Position numbers and translations under genes: made by a program
Assembly (NCBI GenBank): GCA_963822585.1
Contig: CAWGIE010000026.1
Span: 256,001 to 320,000, forward strand
DNA: 64,000 bases
Reading direction: 5' to 3'
DNA from: an uncultured bacterium
Lineage (GTDB): Bacteria > Auribacterota > Erginobacteria > Erginobacterales > Erginobacteraceae
Notes under the pieces: generated by a model
What the model was told of the DNA's origin: nothing
The model's input: only the letters and a program-made list of their open reading frames with translations
The model's database searches: none
Shown: piece by piece, positions 61,517 through 64,000 of the stretch
Layout: each line of letters opens with the position of its first letter
Numbering within the stretch: the stretch's first letter is position 1

Positions 61517-62080
61517 ATGAAAAAATTTATGAAAAACTACACGGAACGGATCAAAGAATGTCTAGATCAGCTTCCTTTACCTGCCATGGAAAAAGCGGTT
61601 GATCTTCTGGAAAAGACGGTCCGGGAAGGGAGACAGATCTTTGCCTTCGGCAACGGCGCCTGCGCGGCGGCATCATCGCATTTCGTCTGCGATCTTGTTA
61701 AAGGCTGCATCGTAGAAGGGGCCCCTCGCGTGAAGGCGTTCTGCCTCAACGACTGCACCCCCCTGATGACCGCCTGGTCGAACGACGAGAGCTATGAGAG
61801 CGTCTTCGTGGAGCCTCTCCGGAATTATCTTAATCCGGGTGACATGGTAATGGCTCTCAGCGCGAGCGGAAACTCGCCTAATGTCCTCCGGGCCGTCGAA
61901 TACGCCAACAGCATCGGCTCGGTCACCGTCGGCCTGGCGGGGAAGGGGGGAGGGAAGTTAGCGGATCTCGCCGCCATTCCGATCGTGGTTAAAAGTCCTT
62001 CCTACGAAGAGGTGGAGGATCTCCACGTCGTCATCACCCACATGCTGAAGCTGGCCCTGATCAAACGGCTGAAAGGCTGA
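61517..62080 (+). CDS. SIS-domain phosphoheptose isomerase (GmhA-like)
   Basis: FGNGACAA..SH, TAWSND, SASGNSPNV, GGGKLA, EDLH. Confidence 0.85.
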   Translation: MKKFMKNYTERIKECLDQLPLPAMEKAVDLLEKTVREGRQIFAFGNGACAAASSHFVCDLVKGCIVEGAPRVKAFCLNDCTPLMTAWSNDESYESVFVEPLRNYLNPGDMVMALSASGNSPNVLRAVEYANSIGSVTVGLAGKGGGKLADLAAIPIVVKSPSYEEVEDLHVVITHMLKLALIKRLKG

Positions 62081-62366
62081 ACCATCCCGAGGGACGCCGA
62101 TTATCTCGGCTTCGGAGCCTCCGAGGGCCCGGATATTCCGGACATCGTCGGGCTTGTGGGCGCTGAAGGAGGTTACCCGGGTATACTTCAGGACCGGCGG
62201 CGATCAGCCGGTCACCCGCTAAAGTACGGTATTCCATCTGCAAGCATCCGGACGGGGGGGAGGGGGCAGATCTCCGAAGTGGCGGCGGGGCTATTTTTCT
62301 TGTCACTGCCGACCTGTATTCTCCATAATCATTCGCCTGTTTTATCCTATTCCAGGCAGCAACTGC

Positions 62367-62420
62367 ATCAAGGGATTAAACATTTTTTGACGATCGGTAG
62401 AAAATGTTTAATCCCTTGAT
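62367..62420. repeat. 54-bp palindrome, downstream copy flanking the PaaX-like gene
   Basis: atcaagggattaaacatttt-ttgacgatcggtag-aaaatgtttaatcccttgat (20-bp perfect arms). Confidence 0.92.
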
Positions 62421-62453
62421 CAGATCCTTCGGGGAAAAACATATCTTCTGGAA

Positions 62454-63221
62454 TTATTCCGGCGAGTATTTTTTCTGCCAGTTTTCAACCAGCTTCCGAG
62501 CGGCGGTCCCGCCCCAATCGGCAGGCAACAGTTCCAGCGGAAGATGGGGGTCGAGCGCGGCGATTGACTGATAATCCCAGGTTAGATGACTCAGGCATCT
62601 TCGAAGTAAGGCAGCATCAAAATCAGCGGATTTTTTTGCGCTTTTCTCCAGTTTGCCTAATCTCACGGTCCAGTCCCGGCTAAATTTTATGTATTGATCA
62701 TGCAGTCTCTGAAGATCCCAGAACGATGACGCGATCATGTCTCCGGGGAGTCCTTCGAAAATATCCACCAGGAGCTGAAAAACAAAGTCCGACAGCTGTA
62801 TCTTTCTGAGATACCGCCGGATCTCACTGCTGTGGTCATAGGGGGAGATCCATACGCTTCTTTGGACCTTACCGAAGCCCATTGCTTTCAAGTATGCCCT
62901 GAGATGCTGCCGCAGTTCGGCTTGGCGCTCCGGGATATCGAAAATAACCAGCCTCCATTTTCGATCCCAGGATGGACGTTGTTTGTTAGCATCCGTGCGG
63001 TGTTTTTCCAGAACAGCCTTCCCGAGGCTGGTTAACTTGAGTTGCTTTCTCCCCTTCCGCGTAATTTTCTTGATCAGTCCTTTCTGTTCCAATCGGGTTA
63101 CCGTTGTATACAGACTTCCCGGAGAATAACGAGCAGAATGACCCAGATAAGTCCAGGGATTGAGCAGGAAATAAAATCCCTCCTCCAGAAGCAACAGGAT
63201 CTCTTCTTTAAGCGTAGGCAT
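62454..63221 (-). CDS. Stand-alone PaaX-family protein (wHTH + Cas2-like central domain + PaaX C-terminal domain)
   Basis: wHTH (RLEQKGLI..KLTSLG), WDRKWRLVIFDIPE..R..LR..GFGKVQRSVWISP, WDL..L..Y, DPHLPLELLPADWGG; start assumed at MPTLK. Confidence 0.85.
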   Translation of the reverse strand: MPTLKEEILLLLEEGFYFLLNPWTYLGHSARYSPGSLYTTVTRLEQKGLIKKITRKGRKQLKLTSLGKAVLEKHRTDANKQRPSWDRKWRLVIFDIPERQAELRQHLRAYLKAMGFGKVQRSVWISPYDHSSEIRRYLRKIQLSDFVFQLLVDIFEGLPGDMIASSFWDLQRLHDQYIKFSRDWTVRLGKLEKSAKKSADFDAALLRRCLSHLTWDYQSIAALDPHLPLELLPADWGGTAARKLVENWQKKYSPE

Positions 63222-63244
63222 GGGGTCTTTCAGAAACAATGAAC

Positions 63245-63290
63245 AACTATTAAACATTTTCTGCCGATCGGTAGAAAATGTTTAATAGTT
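63245..63290. repeat. 46-bp palindrome, upstream copy flanking the PaaX-like gene
   Basis: aactattaaacatttt-ctgccgatcggtag-aaaatgtttaatagtt; 38-bp core 36/38 identical to 62375-62412. Confidence 0.92.
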
Positions 63291-63383
63291 TATGCTGGAA
63301 AAGTCAATTTTAATGTTGTTCGAGGGAATTGCCCGGGTAATTAATTGTTGTTGATTGGGTTACATTGAGCTATTTTACACTGC

Positions 63384-64000
63384 ATGAGAGTCATCGATTA
63401 TAATCAGAAGAACTGGCTGCGGCTGGAGAAAAGGCTGCGAGGGGAAACCTTCCCCCCGGACAAGCTGGAATCGGTGAGGGCGATCGTGCAAGCGGTCAGC
63501 GCGCGGGGAGACGCCGCGGTAAGGGAATATACCCTCAGATTCGACGGGGTGAAACCGGCTTCCTTCCGTGTTTCCCCCTCCGCACTCCGTAGCGCCCGGA
63601 AAGTCGTCACCCCGGAATTGAAAAATGTCTTTCGCCGGGTGGAGAAAAACATCCGGGATTTCTGTTCATTGACCCGGGCAACGTCATGGCGGAAGGAGCG
63701 GGGAGACGGCCTGATCTGGGGGGAGCGGATCACCCCCGTCGGAACCGCGGGCATCTACATCCCCGGAGGGAACGCCCCACTCGTTTCTTCCGTTTTCATG
63801 ACTGTGGTCCCGGCCCGGGTGGCCGGTGTCCCCCGAATTGTTCTGGCCACGCCGCCCCGAGGCGACGGGACGATCAACCCGTATATATTAGCCGCCGCCG
63901 ATTTCCTGGGAGTAACCGAGATCTATACCGTCGGCGGCGCCCAAGCGATCGCGGCGCTGGCCTTCGGCACCCGTTCGATTCCCCGGGTGGACAAAATAGC
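63384..64000 (+). CDS. hisD: Histidinol dehydrogenase (3' truncated by window edge)
   Basis: V..RGDAAVREYTLRFD, GIYIPGG, SSVFMTVVPARVAGV, VGGAQAIAALAFGT. Confidence 0.93.
   Translation, partial: MRVIDYNQKNWLRLEKRLRGETFPPDKLESVRAIVQAVSARGDAAVREYTLRFDGVKPASFRVSPSALRSARKVVTPELKNVFRRVEKNIRDFCSLTRATSWRKERGDGLIWGERITPVGTAGIYIPGGNAPLVSSVFMTVVPARVAGVPRIVLATPPRGDGTINPYILAAADFLGVTEIYTVGGAQAIAALAFGTRSIPRVDKI

Noticed and set aside
62454..63221. Bona fide cas2 / CRISPR locus
   Set aside because: The Cas2-like part is the middle domain of a PaaX-architecture protein; no cas1 or array nearby.

Overview
Bacterial chromosomal window in two parts. (1) About 1-28.7 kb is an intact, GC-rich housekeeping stretch: proC-yggT-yggU, a PAS kinase/sigma-54 regulator pair, tRNA-Pro(GGG), hom-apgM-lysC-[IS4]-cimA-valS-nadC-coaX-mnmA and cinA-thpR-recA-recX-alaS. 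(2) About 28.8-62 kb is a partly lower-GC surface-glycan island with GT2/GT4/GT-C transferases, a flippase, two B12-radical SAM enzymes, an ATP-grasp ligase, sugar-modifying enzymes, an inserted FG-GAP/DUF1566 gene and many frameshifts. A stand-alone PaaX/Cas2-fold gene and the start of hisD follow. The most striking non-gene structures are: (a) two 36/38-identical palindromes bracketing the PaaX/Cas2-like gene, each extended by different but still self-complementary flanks; (b) a mini-array after tRNA-Pro made of two identical 58-nt copies of the tRNA 3' end, each with a 30-nt double hairpin inserted in the T-loop and separated by about 40-nt spacers; (c) many small 7/8/9-nt-period inverted-repeat elements and GCGCC-N3-GGCGC hairpins in intergenic DNA, with 7-mer repeats also inserted in frame in a radical SAM gene. 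Gene order and the FG-GAP protein style suggest a PVC-related candidate-phylum organism (inference only). Protein calls rest on motif recognition; no searches were run.
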